Shown: positions 1-12,149, numbered from the stretch's first letter. The stretch: 64,000 nucleotides of DNA from Basidiobolus meristosporus CBS 931.73 (GCA_002104905.1 MCFE01000048.1:124001-188000); one strand, 5' to 3'. A program made the numbers and translations. Notes: generated from the sequence alone by a model not told the origin.

Positions 1-13
1 CACACTTCAAGAC

Positions 14-1606
14 TTGGAGAACTTTGCTTATAGCAAGTTTAAGCTGCTACCATTGAAAGAATACTTGAGTGGCCTTGAGCAAATTGGAGAGTCACTGAAA
101 GCCCAAGGCATTATCACTGATCTGACTTTATCTGCCTATCTGCTCAGAGCACTACCAGAAGGCCTGGTTAGAAGGATTGAAAACAATCCTACTGTGAAAG
201 CTATGAGTTCACTGCCTGCATTTCAGTTAGCTAAGCAGATTTTACTTGCCCCTGAAGAAACCTCACCAATCAGAAAGCTTCTTTCAAGCCCAGGACAAAA
301 CCAAGATAGCCAAGACATACTTAATCCCAGCAATCAAAGCACTCAAATTCAGGAGCTGACACAGCAACTAGAGAAACTCTCTTTGCTACTTGCCAGCAAA
401 GCATATGGTCAGAAGCCAGTAGAGAAAGAAGTCAAATATACATGCATGTGGTGTGACTCTGCCAACCATTCCAAGAGAAATTGCCAAGAGCTTCAGTCAT
501 TACTATCCACAGGTGATGTCCTATATAGTCCTCAGGGATACATAGTCAGTAAGCATGGTGACAAATTATCCACAGCATTTGGACAAGGAGGAATGAGAGT
601 TCACTACAAGCAAGTCACCTCTCATACAAGAAAGGTTCACCTCCATGGAGAAGAAGATCCTGGCTACTTTGATCCAGCTGAAGTTCTGAACTTTGACTAT
701 GAGGATCCCAGAGAGGCCCAAGATCATATAGCTTCAATTTATGCTTCAAAGAGACACCATCCTGAAAAAATGGCTAATCTAGGCCCAGCAACAAAAGTAC
801 CAAGATGTGAGCCAGAAGTTGTGATTGAGAAGAAAGCATCACCCCCATTAATTCTACAAGAGTCTGCCAAGACCAACAACTACCACATGCAGCCTAAAGT
901 CAAGCAAAATGGTACCCCAGAGGCTCTGACAAGTCATATACTAGGAAGCAACATATCAATCAAGGTTGGAGAGCTACTCAGTGTATCACCATCTGTAAGA
1001 AAGACTCTGGATGAGCATATCAGAATAAGAAAGCATCCAATTGAAGCAACTCAAGGCAACCAGGTCAGGACAGTTCAAGGAAGCCAAGATATCAGTAAGC
1101 TGCATCAAAGCCAGAAACACTACTACTCAGTGGCAACTGCAACAACTACAGGAACTGTGCATAATCAAGAAATCCTATGTCATATAGACAGTGGATCTGA
1201 GATATGTGTGATGCCTTTGGAGGCTTGGAAACAACTACCATGCAAAGACCTATTGCCCATAGACACCAATATCAATTGGAGCATGAAGGATGCCAACTCA
1301 GGGCAATCAAAGCTTTTAGGAATTATTCACAGCTTCCCTCTCATCATTGAAGGAATACCCCATGAGATCCCAGTATTCATTTGTGCAAAGGCTAACTTTG
1401 AATTACTTCTTGGAAGACCATGGGAAGTAAAAGCAAGAGCAACTGCAGTGAACTACCCAGATGGTTCAGCATGGTATACTATATACTCAGAGAGCCCAGG
1501 ACTAACAGCAACCTTCTGTGGTGTGGACTCAAACAATATCCGATCAATGACATCATGTAGATTTCTATCTCAAGAAAGGACAGGTGGCTTCATTGAGGAA
1601 GACTGA
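14..1606 (+). CDS. Gag-protease ORF of a Ty3/Gypsy-like LTR retroelement (5' end runs off the window)
   Basis: Uninterrupted 530-aa frame, also open from base 2. CCHC zinc knuckle CMWCDSANHSKRNC; retropepsin motif CHIDSGSEICVM; LLLGRPW flap-side motif. No RT, RNase H or integrase follows. Confidence 0.85.
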   Translation: MENFAYSKFKLLPLKEYLSGLEQIGESLKAQGIITDLTLSAYLLRALPEGLVRRIENNPTVKAMSSLPAFQLAKQILLAPEETSPIRKLLSSPGQNQDSQDILNPSNQSTQIQELTQQLEKLSLLLASKAYGQKPVEKEVKYTCMWCDSANHSKRNCQELQSLLSTGDVLYSPQGYIVSKHGDKLSTAFGQGGMRVHYKQVTSHTRKVHLHGEEDPGYFDPAEVLNFDYEDPREAQDHIASIYASKRHHPEKMANLGPATKVPRCEPEVVIEKKASPPLILQESAKTNNYHMQPKVKQNGTPEALTSHILGSNISIKVGELLSVSPSVRKTLDEHIRIRKHPIEATQGNQVRTVQGSQDISKLHQSQKHYYSVATATTTGTVHNQEILCHIDSGSEICVMPLEAWKQLPCKDLLPIDTNINWSMKDANSGQSKLLGIIHSFPLIIEGIPHEIPVFICAKANFELLLGRPWEVKARATAVNYPDGSAWYTIYSESPGLTATFCGVDSNNIRSMTSCRFLSQERTGGFIEED

Positions 1607-1670
1607 GAGAGCACTTTGTTCTCCAAACTTACAGTGGTTAGCTAAAAAGTTCCCTGAAACTTTTTAGCTC

Positions 1671-2373
1671 AAGTGGGGGGTGGATGTGGTAGGGTAAACA
1701 TACCTCCCACAGACAAGTTTATTCATATAGTCATTATGACATACTTATCCATATTTTATCTTATCAGTATTATCCCATTCTTCTTTTGCCCATATTATCA
1801 GTACTATCCCCATGTGATGTTTACCCTGATTAGTTATTAGCATTAGTTATCCCAGATGTTATTCAGCTTTGTGATCAGTAGATGTATCTATATAAGGCAA
1901 GTACCCGCGTCAGTACCCATGACACATGACCTAGGTCTGTGTTACCATCCCTACCATTTCAATACCATATATGGTATTTCTATGTTGCACAGGTTTCAGA
2001 CTACTGATTCCTGATTGGTTGAGAGTGCTGTGCCTTTTAGAACCTTCCAGGACATTCTTGGCATATTTTTAGCTCATAGTGATGTCATCAAGAATTCCAC
2101 TGATACCTAGAATCTTCTAGAACCTTTACATTAGTAATCACTTGGCAATCAGGAAAAGTATTTAAGGGAAAGCAATCCCTCATCAATAAATCATCCCTTC
2201 TATCAGTAACACTTCTACCTTATTGATTAGCAGTTGATCACTGCACCTGCCTTCAACAGTACATCTAAGACCTGCCATCAAGGAGCTTTTCAGGGTAGTG
2301 CACAAGACACACAGAGGCCTTTGGAGACACTTGGAGCACCTAGGGAGCTAAAGAAGCAGGAGCTTTTACCATA
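1671..2373 (+). mobile_element. Polypurine tract plus 3' LTR of the gag-pro element
   Basis: Purine-rich AAGTGGGGGGTGGA (1671-1684) directly followed by TGTGGTA at 1685. Near-inverted end TACCATA at 2367-2373. Internal TATAAG and AATAAA motifs. The partner LTR is outside the window, so the 3' boundary is inferred. Confidence 0.65.
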
Positions 2374-4161
2374 GTGACATATTGACAAAGACACCAGCAG
2401 TTTAGACACAGAGGTTATTGCACCCATCAGACACCTCACACACCTTGAGTTGTGTAGCTTCTCCCAGGAGTACCTCTACACCACCACAGCGTGGCCAAGC
2501 TGTAGCATTGCACTCATCAACTAGAAGGCAAAATACTGACTACAAATACACAAGTAGCCAAGATGATAGTCAGCCAGGAAGTAGTATAGGTGTGCAAAGT
2601 GAGTCACTACCAAATGCTTCAGTAGTAATCCCTGTGAGAAAAAAACCCAGGAGAAGATAATGCAATTGCTTTGAATTGCTCAATTTGTAATGATCCTGAC
2701 AACCCATTTTTTTTGCAATCCAAATTGAGCCATTGCAAATCAGTGATCATCAAATTTTTGATATAAGTAATATCAAGATTGTCTCACATTTTAGACAAAA
2801 CCCCTATAAATAAACACCCTGCATATATATACGTCATCTGTAATACCAGTGCAGCTATTGGATCTGTTTCACACCTACACAATTGCTTGCATGCTGGCTA
2901 TGACACCATGTCCAATCACTAGGATCAGGGATTTACTTGCTCAATGAGCAAAATGGGATATTTGATGGCAACTCAGGTAGCTTTTTTAGTAGTCAATGAG
3001 CCAATTGGGGGCTGCCAGCTTCAGGATACTTTTGGACCAATTAACCACTGAGATACCGTCCAATTGGTGTGAGGGTAACCAAAATGGCAAGTATCAGTGT
3101 AGTTTATAGTGTGATACACATTTATTTCCATTTATATTAAAGAAACATATCCAAATACCGGATTTTACCTGCCATAATAGAGGTATACAATTGCGCACAT
3201 GATGCAAACATTGCAAGTTGGTGTAATCATCTGTGCCAACCTCATTGTGTCAGATTGTGCCATAGTGTGCGAGATTGTCCCGCATAGTGCAAAATTGTCC
3301 AAGAACAATCCTTCCTTCTGGTAGCTATAATATTGCGCCCAATTGTTCTTTACAACTGCGGATCGCGCCGTACACCCTGGCACAGTACAATGGAACAAGT
3401 CTAATAACTACATATCACATGACCTAGTCACATGATCAGCTGACCCTTGACATATCTCCATGTGATAATCCAGTCTGTTTTTCAGTATATTTTATCTTGG
3501 CACACTTACTGTACCTCACCCCAGAATCCCACCACTATTAGCCAATATCTCTTGGTATCCATATTGCCAAAAAGTATATATAGTGGTATCTCCCCTTATG
3601 TATTCCTCAGTCTGATAAACACAGGTCTTGAATAAATAGCCTTGCCTTGGAAATCCATCTTGCCTTGTTGATCCACACCTAAGTCCTTTCCTGGTCCTGC
3701 CTTGCCTAACTCCACTCTCCTGCCTTGTGTCTATTCATAACAGTTTTATCAGACTGCTCCTGACTTACCTGTGGATCTCTGCCTTCTACCCAAAGTTCTT
3801 GAAAAGAACTTGTAAAGGAATACCTACTGTAAGTATCACCCTGAATCTCTCCCTAGTCTTGTCCTCTAAAGACATAGATACTTCATCTTTGTAAGATTAT
3901 TGGCCAAAGCTGCATTCACTTTATTACCCTGCTGGTGTAGTTTACAGTTGTTACAGTATTCAAAGCGTTAGTACAATACACTATGAAAGGATGTTAAAGC
4001 TAGTTCCTTCTGAAGTGACGCTAACTTATTCAGAGTTGGGTATTGTGGCTCAATAATTGTATTCTTGACAAACTAGTGGCTTTATAACCCACAAATTAGC
4101 TAGCTATATCCAGTATTCCTGAACAAGTCCAAGAGACTTCTCCGCTTCCTGCTACCGTGAC

Positions 4162-7133
4162 ATGTCCAGCCCAGAGTATAACTTTTCAAGTCCCATGGCT
4201 GCCTTTGCCCAGCTGCAACAAGACAATGCAGACCTCAGAAACTCTGTTGCTCAACTCCAGAGCCAAATGCTCAACAGCCTATCCAGGCTCCTTCCTACCA
4301 TGATCCCAAGATCACTTCCACTACCAAGCTTGGTGGCTCCCAGAATCAATTCCAAGGTTTCATCAATATAGTGAAACACCAATTGTCACTACAACCCAAT
4401 TGGTTCCCAACAGATCAAGCAAAAGTGGGTTATATCTCTAACCTGCTGACTGGAACTGCCCAGAAATGGCTCTCCCCTTTGGTGGAAACCAACTCCCCTG
4501 TACTCAGCAACTACCATGCCTTCCTCACAGTTATGGAGCTAACATTTGGCAACACTGACCAAGCCAGAACTGCTGCCAACAAGATCAAGAACTTGAAGCA
4601 AGGAAACAGACCTGCATCCGTGTATGCTTCTGAATTCCGGCTACTGGCCAGTGATTTAAGCCTTTAGGGTGATGCTGCCCTGATTAGTCAGTTTTGAGAT
4701 GGGCTCAATGACAAAGTCAGTGACCTACTTCTCACTCTTCCTGACCCAACCACCTTGGGTGAAGCTATTCATCAAGCAATCCAATGTGACAATTGTCTTT
4801 TCTAGAAGAAACCAAAGTTCCAACATACTTATCAGCCAGCCTCCTTCCCAGTAATCCAGTCACCCAATACTAAGCTTGATGATCCTATCCAAATTGGCAG
4901 TGCTAAGTATAAGAAACCTACCAAAGAAGAAAGATCTAGACATCAGCAGGCAAACCTCTGCCTTTACTGTGGCAAGCCAGGTCACTTTGCTGAGTCTTGT
5001 CCTAACAAGCGGTCCAGCTTTAAGCTCTTGCAATCATCCAGTGAGCAATCTGCTCCTGAATTATTGAGAAACTCCAATGTCCAGTTACAATGACAGGCTT
5101 GCAACTGGACCCTCCAATGAAAATTCAGCACATTCAAGAAACATCATATGCTACCAAGTCTGTCCAGTCCTTAAGAATGCCTGCCAACATTCCTATACCT
5201 GAATCCAGCCCTGTCTGTGTCCTTGCCCTCATAGATTCTGGTGCTTCCTCCTGTGTCATTGACAAGTCATTTGTCCAGAAGCACAAAATCCCCACTGTCC
5301 TGAAATCATGTCCTGTCCAGGTAGACTTTATTGATGGAAGGTCCCTCTCTTCCAGTGCTGTTACCCATGAGAGTTGTCTGCTCCAGCTGTCCAGTACTGG
5401 TTGCCATGAGACACTAGCCTTCAACATCATCAACTCTCTCCATTACTCCTTAGTCCTTGGAAGCTCAAGGCTTAGTCACCATAACCCAGCTATCAGCTGG
5501 AAGACTAAAATTCTGACATTCCTCAGAATCCACCATGTCAACCCCATGAAACCACCTGATTTTTCATGTAAAGAAGTATCCTTTCCTAAGCTACCCCAGA
5601 CACAGGAGCCCATCATCACTCAAGGAACCCCCTCCAATGGAATACCTGCCAAGTATCAAGAGTTTGCCCATATCTTTGACAAGAAGAAAGCCAAACTACT
5701 CCCAGCCCATAGACCCTATGATTGTTCCATTGACCTTGAAGAAGGAAAAACCCCATCTTTTGCTCCTATTTACAACCTCTTGCAACCCAAGTTGAAAGAA
5801 CCCCATGGCTATATTCAAGAAAACCTCCAGAAATGTTTTATTCAGCACTCTAAGTCCCCAGCTGGTGCCCCAATCCACTTTATCAAAAAATGGATGGTAC
5901 CCTAAGAGTGTGTGTAGACTACTGTGCACTGAATAAGATCATATCAAGAACCTGTACCCTTTACCCCTGATCAACACCCTGTTGGATCAGCTCTCTGCTG
6001 CCAAAGTATTTACTAAGATTGACCTCAGAGGAGCATATAACCTTGTCAGGATCAAGCCTGGTGATGAATGGAAAACTACATTCAGAACAAGATACAATCA
6101 TTTTGAGTATGAAGTTATGTCATTTGGTCTCACCAATGCCCCAGCTGTCTTTTAACACCTGATGAATGACATATTCCGTGAATACCTTGACCAATTTGTG
6201 GTTATCTACCTTGATGACATCTTGATCTACTCTAAGACACAAGAAGAACATAATTCCCATGTCAGGAAAGTCTTGACCAAACTTGACACTGCTGGCCTTT
6301 ATGCCAAATTGGAGAAATGTGAGTTTGACCAGAAAGAAGTTGAGTCATTAGGTTATCTTATCAGCTCAAATGGAACAAGAATGGACCCCAAGAGAGTAGA
6401 AGCCATCCAGTTGTGGAAAACTCCCTGTTCTGCAAAAGAAGTGCAGTCCTTCCTTGGATTTGCCAACTTCTATTGTAGATTTATTGCCAACTACTCCAAG
6501 ATAGTCACTCCCTTGACAAAGCTCACCCAAATAATCTGCCCTTTGCCTGGAATGAGGAACAATCCAAGTCCTTTAATTCCATCAAGAAATTCTTCCTGTA
6601 CGCTCCCCTGCTTGCTCACCCTAACCTTGAGAAACCTTTCATCATAGAAACTGATGCCTCTGACTTTGCACTTGGTGCGATTCTTTCCCAGTACAATGAC
6701 AAGAATGTACTACATCCTATTGCATTCCACTCCCAGAAATTTACTCCAGCTGAATTAACTATTATATATATGATAAAGAACTACTTGCTATCATTGTTGC
6801 CTTTGAGCAACGTAGACACTACCTTGACGGTGCAGCCCAAAGGATAATGATCTTCTGTGACCACAAGAACCTTGAGTACTTTACCACCTCAAAATTACTG
6901 ATCTGGAGACAAGCCAGATGGTCCCTCTTCCGGTCCAGCTTTGACTTTGTCATCACCTATAGACCAGGAATGAAACAGGGAAAACCTGATGCCAACTTCA
7001 CTATCTGGTAGATTGGGTAGGTTATGGCCCAAATGATCAAACTTGGGAACCAGCAGCAAACCTAACAAACTGCTAAGATCTAGTTGTGCTATTCCACCAG
7101 ACATACTCCAACAAGCCAAAGCCCAAAGCTTGA
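4162..7133 (+). pseudogene. Gypsy gag-pol pseudogene with stops and frameshifts
   Basis: Retrotrans_gag-like LLTGTAQKW...LKQGNRPASVYASEF; knuckle CLYCGKPGHFAESC (about 4960-5000); protease ALIDSGASS; [17 protein letters not shown] and [11 protein letters not shown]; RNase H ETDASDFALGAIL and DHKNLEYF; chromodomain half [19 protein letters not shown] from about 6994. Confidence 0.9.
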
Positions 7134-7160
7134 GGAGAGCCCCTCAAAAGTGGAGAATAG

Positions 7161-7569
7161 TGTTATGATCACATGAAATCCCTGTTATCTGATTATCAAG
7201 CCAAATGAAGTCAGTGAAGAAATCCCAGTTCCATCTAGAAAATTCTACTACATTCTAGCAACTTCTTGAAAGCTTCAAGTCAATGTTACACAATGGAACA
7301 TTTGATGGAAGCCTCCCATCATCTTGGCATACTTACTGCGCTTCACCCCAGAACCCCATCAGTATTAGCCAATATCTCTTGGCATCCTTATTGCTAAAAA
7401 GTATATAAAGTCCTATCCCCCCTTATTTATTCCTCAGTCTGATAAACACAGGTCTTGAATAAACAGCCTTGCCTTGGAAATCCATCTTGCCTTGTTGATC
7501 CACACCTAAGTCCTTTCCTGGTCCTGCCTTGCCTAGTTCTACTCTTCTGCCTTGTGTCTATTCATAACA
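7161..7569 (+). repeat. 3' LTR of the chromovirus (409 bp)
   Basis: TGTTATGA...TCATAACA inverted termini; its 3' 249 bp match 3494-3742. Confidence 0.85.
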
Positions 7570-7582
7570 AGAGGGAGACAAT

Positions 7583-8660
7583 GTGGTGTTTATACCAAAG
7601 CCTAAAAATCTAAAGACATTGAAGATCTGTGAAACTGTTGAGTGCAATAATAAAGAGTGGGCTAATATACAAGAGGCTGTCAGATGTCTAGCACACCATC
7701 ACCTTAAGGCCAGCATACCATGGGACCATCTAGAACTCAAGGCCATGCAGAATGCACTTGACTTGTTCCATGAGCATTATCCTGGGTTCAAACAGGCAAA
7801 TGGATTTTGGGCCTGCATTGGTATGCTAAGAAAGTGTCTTAAGAACAGCAGCAGCTATCAACAGCAGAAGTACCAGGGTGCAATGGCTAAAACTAGTGGC
7901 TTCCTCAAGAGCCCGTTACAAGCAAGGCCAAATGCTCAAGATAAGTGTCAAAGAGACATCAGGCAGCTGGAAGAGTGCAAATTAAGGACAAGCAGGCAGA
8001 CATGGATGGAGAAGCACAACATTTATAATGGAAAAAGCATAGTACCACTCAAGAAGCACCCAGTCAAAGTAGCAGTGAAGGACCTGGCAATGATAAAAAC
8101 CAGCCGCTTTTACACAAGCCTGTCACTACTAAGGTTGAGAGCTCAAAACAAGCTGAAAGGAAACATCAGGTTGTCAGAAGAGTGTCAGCAAGGGACATGC
8201 AGGCCAAAATAGATGCATCAGAGCAGAATTTATACAGGAGAAAATGTAATTCTTTACAAGAAGCTCTCAGACAAAGTAGAAGTGAAAGACCTGGTAGTAA
8301 TAAAGGAAAATGTAAAGGGAAAAATGTCTACCCAAGCCTGAGACAGGGAGGCATGCAAGAAAACTGCAGTTCTTGCCTAATAATGCTGCAAGCCAGTAAC
8401 AGACTGAATCCCATCATAGCCAAGAAGAATTACCAACAAGAAAACAGCTGTTTTCACAAGAGTTGGAAGTGCAGCCAGTTGAGCTACACTCCATCAAGAT
8501 AGATGAGTTTGCTGAAAAAGGCAATTTGTCTACCACATCATCCACAGCATCCACAGCCCCCATTGTTGACATAGTGGAGATCCCACTGACAGACAAGGCT
8601 CTCAATTTCAAGAGCTCAAAAGACTATCACAATGCCTTCAGTGGAGTTTTAGAACATTAA
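7583..8660 (+). pseudogene. Unidentified repeat-associated ORF remnant
   Basis: Overlapping broken ORFs of 209, 106 and 65 aa in CpG-depleted sequence flanked by TEs. No family recognised. Confidence 0.25.
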
Positions 8661-8675
8661 TAGGCACACCAAGAG

Positions 8676-9340
8676 GTTGCAGAACTTCTTCAAGAGCAGT
8701 GCTCAAGAAAACAAACTGGAATATTGCAAGGATTTATTGCAAAGACAGGCATATGAGGAGCTATACCTTGCAGTGCTGGCTGAAGACCAGGACATGTGGG
8801 AACCGGTGAATGATCAGTGGCATAAAGCTGTTGGGTTCCTGCCAAAGTTGTGGAACCAGACTGTTACAGCAGAAATACTTATTGAGTGATGGATTTCAAT
8901 GGAGTTACTTGTTGAGTGTGGGGTTGGGCTTAACGTTAGTGTAGGGATAGAGACTTGTATAGGTCAATACAATTGGCAATTGAGGTAAAACTGAAGTTTC
9001 AATGGAAATAAATCAATTTGTACACATGAAAAGTAAGAGAAAAGGTTGAGTCAAGAAGTAAGGAGTGTGAAAAAGAGGCAATAGCCAATCAATTCACACA
9101 ACCATAGGAGGCAATAGAGTGTCTGGGATCAGAAAGTGAGCAAATTGGCAGGGAACCAATCAAAAGCCACTTATACATTGTTGTGATGAAAATTTTGACA
9201 AAGTTTTTTGGTGAAATCTGGGGTGCAACTATTTTTCAACAGTCTCTGGACAGTGTCCTGACAAGATCAGTATCTCTTAGTCATGGGACATTAACTTTGT
9301 GACAGCCTTTCAATGGGATCATCTCAATAATTTTTCATAG
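8676..9340 (+). repeat. Degenerate coding-derived repeat, copy A
   Basis: Colinear similarity to 11540-12149 plus 16837-16878. Examples: FFKSSAQEN in both copies; tctcttagtcatggga vs cctcttagtcatggga. Many differences fall at third codon positions of the + frame. Confidence 0.7.
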
Positions 9341-9342
9341 GG

Positions 9343-10611
9343 TTGGATGCATTATACCTTAGTCCTGAACCTCCCTCAGCCTGGAACAAGGCTCATGACC
9401 AAGCATTTGAGCCACTCTGCCAGTTGCTCCTGCAAGCACCCACCCTATCCTACCCAGAGTTTACTCAGACCTTTGTTGTTCCTATAGATGCATTTAATGT
9501 TGAGTTAGGGGCTGTCCTATACCAGGATAAAGACCAAAATCTGCCTCACTGGATCTCTTTTCAAGCCAGATCACTACTACCTGCTGAGAGAAACTACTCT
9601 GCCACCAAGAAGGAGCTACTTGTAATAGTCTTTGCCTTGAAGTAGTCTCATCAGTACTTATGGGGTACCCCTTTTATCTTGTACACTGACCACCAAGCCC
9701 TTGTCTACATTCACACACAAAAGACTCTGACTTTAAAGCTCACCAACTGGCATGATACTCTACTTGATTATGAATACACAGTTATTCATCACCCCAGAAT
9801 CCTCAACATCCTGTCTGACCACCTTTCAGAAATTTTCCAACTTCACCTTGGGAGGGACATATGATTACGGACCTTAAAAACAACTTGAAAAATTCTACAT
9901 GCCAATGAAAGAAAAATATTGATACAGAGGAGTCATTTACTGTGTCATTTTGGAGCTGACTCACTAATGAAGAAGCTACACTCTGATGGATATCACTGGC
10001 CAAATATCAAAGCTGACTGCCTAGAATTTGTCAAGTCTTTCAGAGAATGTCAACTTTACAATATCAGCCACCATGGATTTCACCCTTTGAGTCTTATTCA
10101 TGCAAGCCTTCCTATGAATCATATTGCAATTGATCTGGCCAGACCTTTCACCACTAGAGATGATGGTAATCACTACCTTTTTATAATTGTGGATGTCTGC
10201 ACATGTTTTGTCTTCCTCAAAGCTATCCTAGACAAGTATGCTACCACTATTGCACAAGTGGTATTCATGCTCTTCTGTCTATTTGGATTCCCCAAGGTCA
10301 TTCAATAGGATAATGAAGCAGAATTTGTGAATCACATGATCAAAGCCCTTTGCCAGAACAGCACCATGAATCACCATCTGATCACTCCCTATCATCCCAG
10401 AACTAATGCACTTGCTGAAAGACATGTTCAGACCTCAGTGAAGATCATCAGGAGATCTATCAAAGGTATCAAGAAGAATTGGGGCAAGTACATTCCAACT
10501 GTGAAATATGTTATCAACACCAAAGTTGCTGCTGTACATGGATCAATGCAATACACTTATGCCTTTGGCATTAAGAAGCTTAGCAGCCCCAATGTGTGGT
10601 TAATCAGTTAG
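9343..10611 (+). pseudogene. Ty3/Gypsy pol remnant (RNase H to integrase)
   Basis: APTLSYPEF, AERNYSATKKELL, YTDHQAL; integrase Zn region HLLCHFG...YHWPNIKADC; core HIAIDLARP, FIIVDVCT, TPYHPRTNALAER. Multiple stops. Confidence 0.85.
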
Positions 10612-11539
10612 GTAATGCAAAGATGGGTTGAGAACAACTAGCAACTAATCTCAATAGGATCACTATACCATAGTATGCCAGGTTTCCCTAGGTCACCAGC
10701 TAGTTACTGCACAATACAATATGGAATACACACAAACAACAGCCAGAGCACACTTGTAAGGGGGACTAGAATCCAACAGTGAGAAGGAATATATCAACTA
10801 GATTCCAAAAAGTTCTTTGCTGATATTCAGGTGGTGTTCATGCCTAAAGTGGTGGCAATCAAGCATATGTTTGTAAGATGTATATCTTACCAGCAATTCA
10901 TGGTATATGGCAACTTTGCAAGTATCACACAGAAAAGCCATAAAGTTGAAGTGATAGAAGTGTGTGAACTGAGGCAGGTGTTTGCTTATGTAGAGGTTAG
11001 TAAGCAGGAGGCCATAGTATTTTTTGATTTGAACTATATGTTGAATACCCAAGGAAGTGGTGGGCAAGCAAATGAAGAGGGGTGATTCTACATTAGAATA
11101 GATGAATTGCACAATGGGAGGTAGAAAAAGGAAATATTATTTGGTAAACTGGTATGGTAGCATTATACAGAACTAGCTGTAGACTGCCATAATAATGCTG
11201 TTAGATGCTTGCAATGAGGCCATCAAAACACTTTCAAGTTTTTTGTCATTTAAGGCAATTAAATGTACTGGCCAGTTAGATCCACTTGAGTATTTGTGGG
11301 GCACTCTAAGACTGCAATAATGCCATGCCACTTTTGGCAAGAAACCGTTTAAGCACTGTAATGTTTTCTAACTTTATTTAGTGGTGAAATTAGCCAAATG
11401 CCATTGTGATCCTGTCACAAGATTGTGTAGATGGTCATTAATTCCAAGCAACTGGTATTATAATTGTCTCCTAGCAGGATCTTGATGGCACATCTGGATT
11501 GGATCCACCCACAGGACCAAATTATTTCTCATGGGGGAT

Positions 11540-12149
11540 GTTGCAGTACTTCTTCAAGAGCAGTGCTCAAGAAAACTCACTTGAATTTTTCAGTGACTTA
11601 TTGCAAAGACTAGCAGAAAACATACTTGACCTTGCAGTGCACACTACAGACCAGGACAAATGGAAACCAGTGAATGAACAATTGCACAAAGTTGTAGGGT
11701 TCCGGCCAAGTTCATGGAAAACAGGTATTAAAACAGAGATACTTACTGAATGGTAGGTTTTAATGGACTAGCTTGCTGAGTGTTAGGTTAAACTTAGTGT
11801 TAGTGCTAGGTATATGGACTTGTATGTGTCAGTAAAACTGGTAATTGAGGTAAAACTTAAGTTTCAACAGAAATAAATCAATTTGTATGCATGAAAATTA
11901 AGAGCATAGGTTGAGTCAGGAAGTAGGGAGTATGACAAAGAGGTAACAGCTAATCAATGTACACAAGTATAGGGGGTGGTTCAGTGCCAGGGATTAGAAA
12001 TAGAGAATTAAAAGCCACTTCTGTATAGACATGAAGAAAAATCTTGACCATGTTTTTTGTGAAATCTGGGAGCAATTTTTTTAAATGGTCTTTGCACAGT
12101 GTCCTGACAGGAGCAATACCTCTTAGTCATGGGATTTTAACTTTGTGAT
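11540..12149 (+). repeat. Degenerate coding-derived repeat, copy B (interrupted by the Copia insertion, resumes at 16837)
   Basis: Removing 12150-16836 and one TSD copy gives tttgtgatgaccttttgatgggatcattacaattagttttcatag, which aligns with copy A tttgtgacagcctttcaatgggatcatctcaataatttttcatag. Confidence 0.75.

Larger units (their letters stand above)
3494..7569 (+). mobile_element. Degenerate Ty3/Gypsy chromovirus-type LTR retrotransposon with integrase deleted
   Basis: 249-bp direct repeats at 3494-3742 and 7321-7569, both ending TCATAACA. 3' LTR starts TGTTATGA at 7161 after a purine tract. Internal gag, knuckle, protease, RT, RNase H and chromodomain remnants. Confidence 0.9.

Noticed and set aside
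2678-2730. 10-bp inverted repeat GCTCAATTTG / CAAATTGAGC
   Set aside because: Short, AT-rich and widely spaced, with no TSD or associated element. Could be chance.
10700-11500. Minus-strand CDTC...H peptide suggesting a zinc-binding TE-associated protein
   Set aside because: Too short and degenerate to assign. Treated as unclassified repeat-region sequence.
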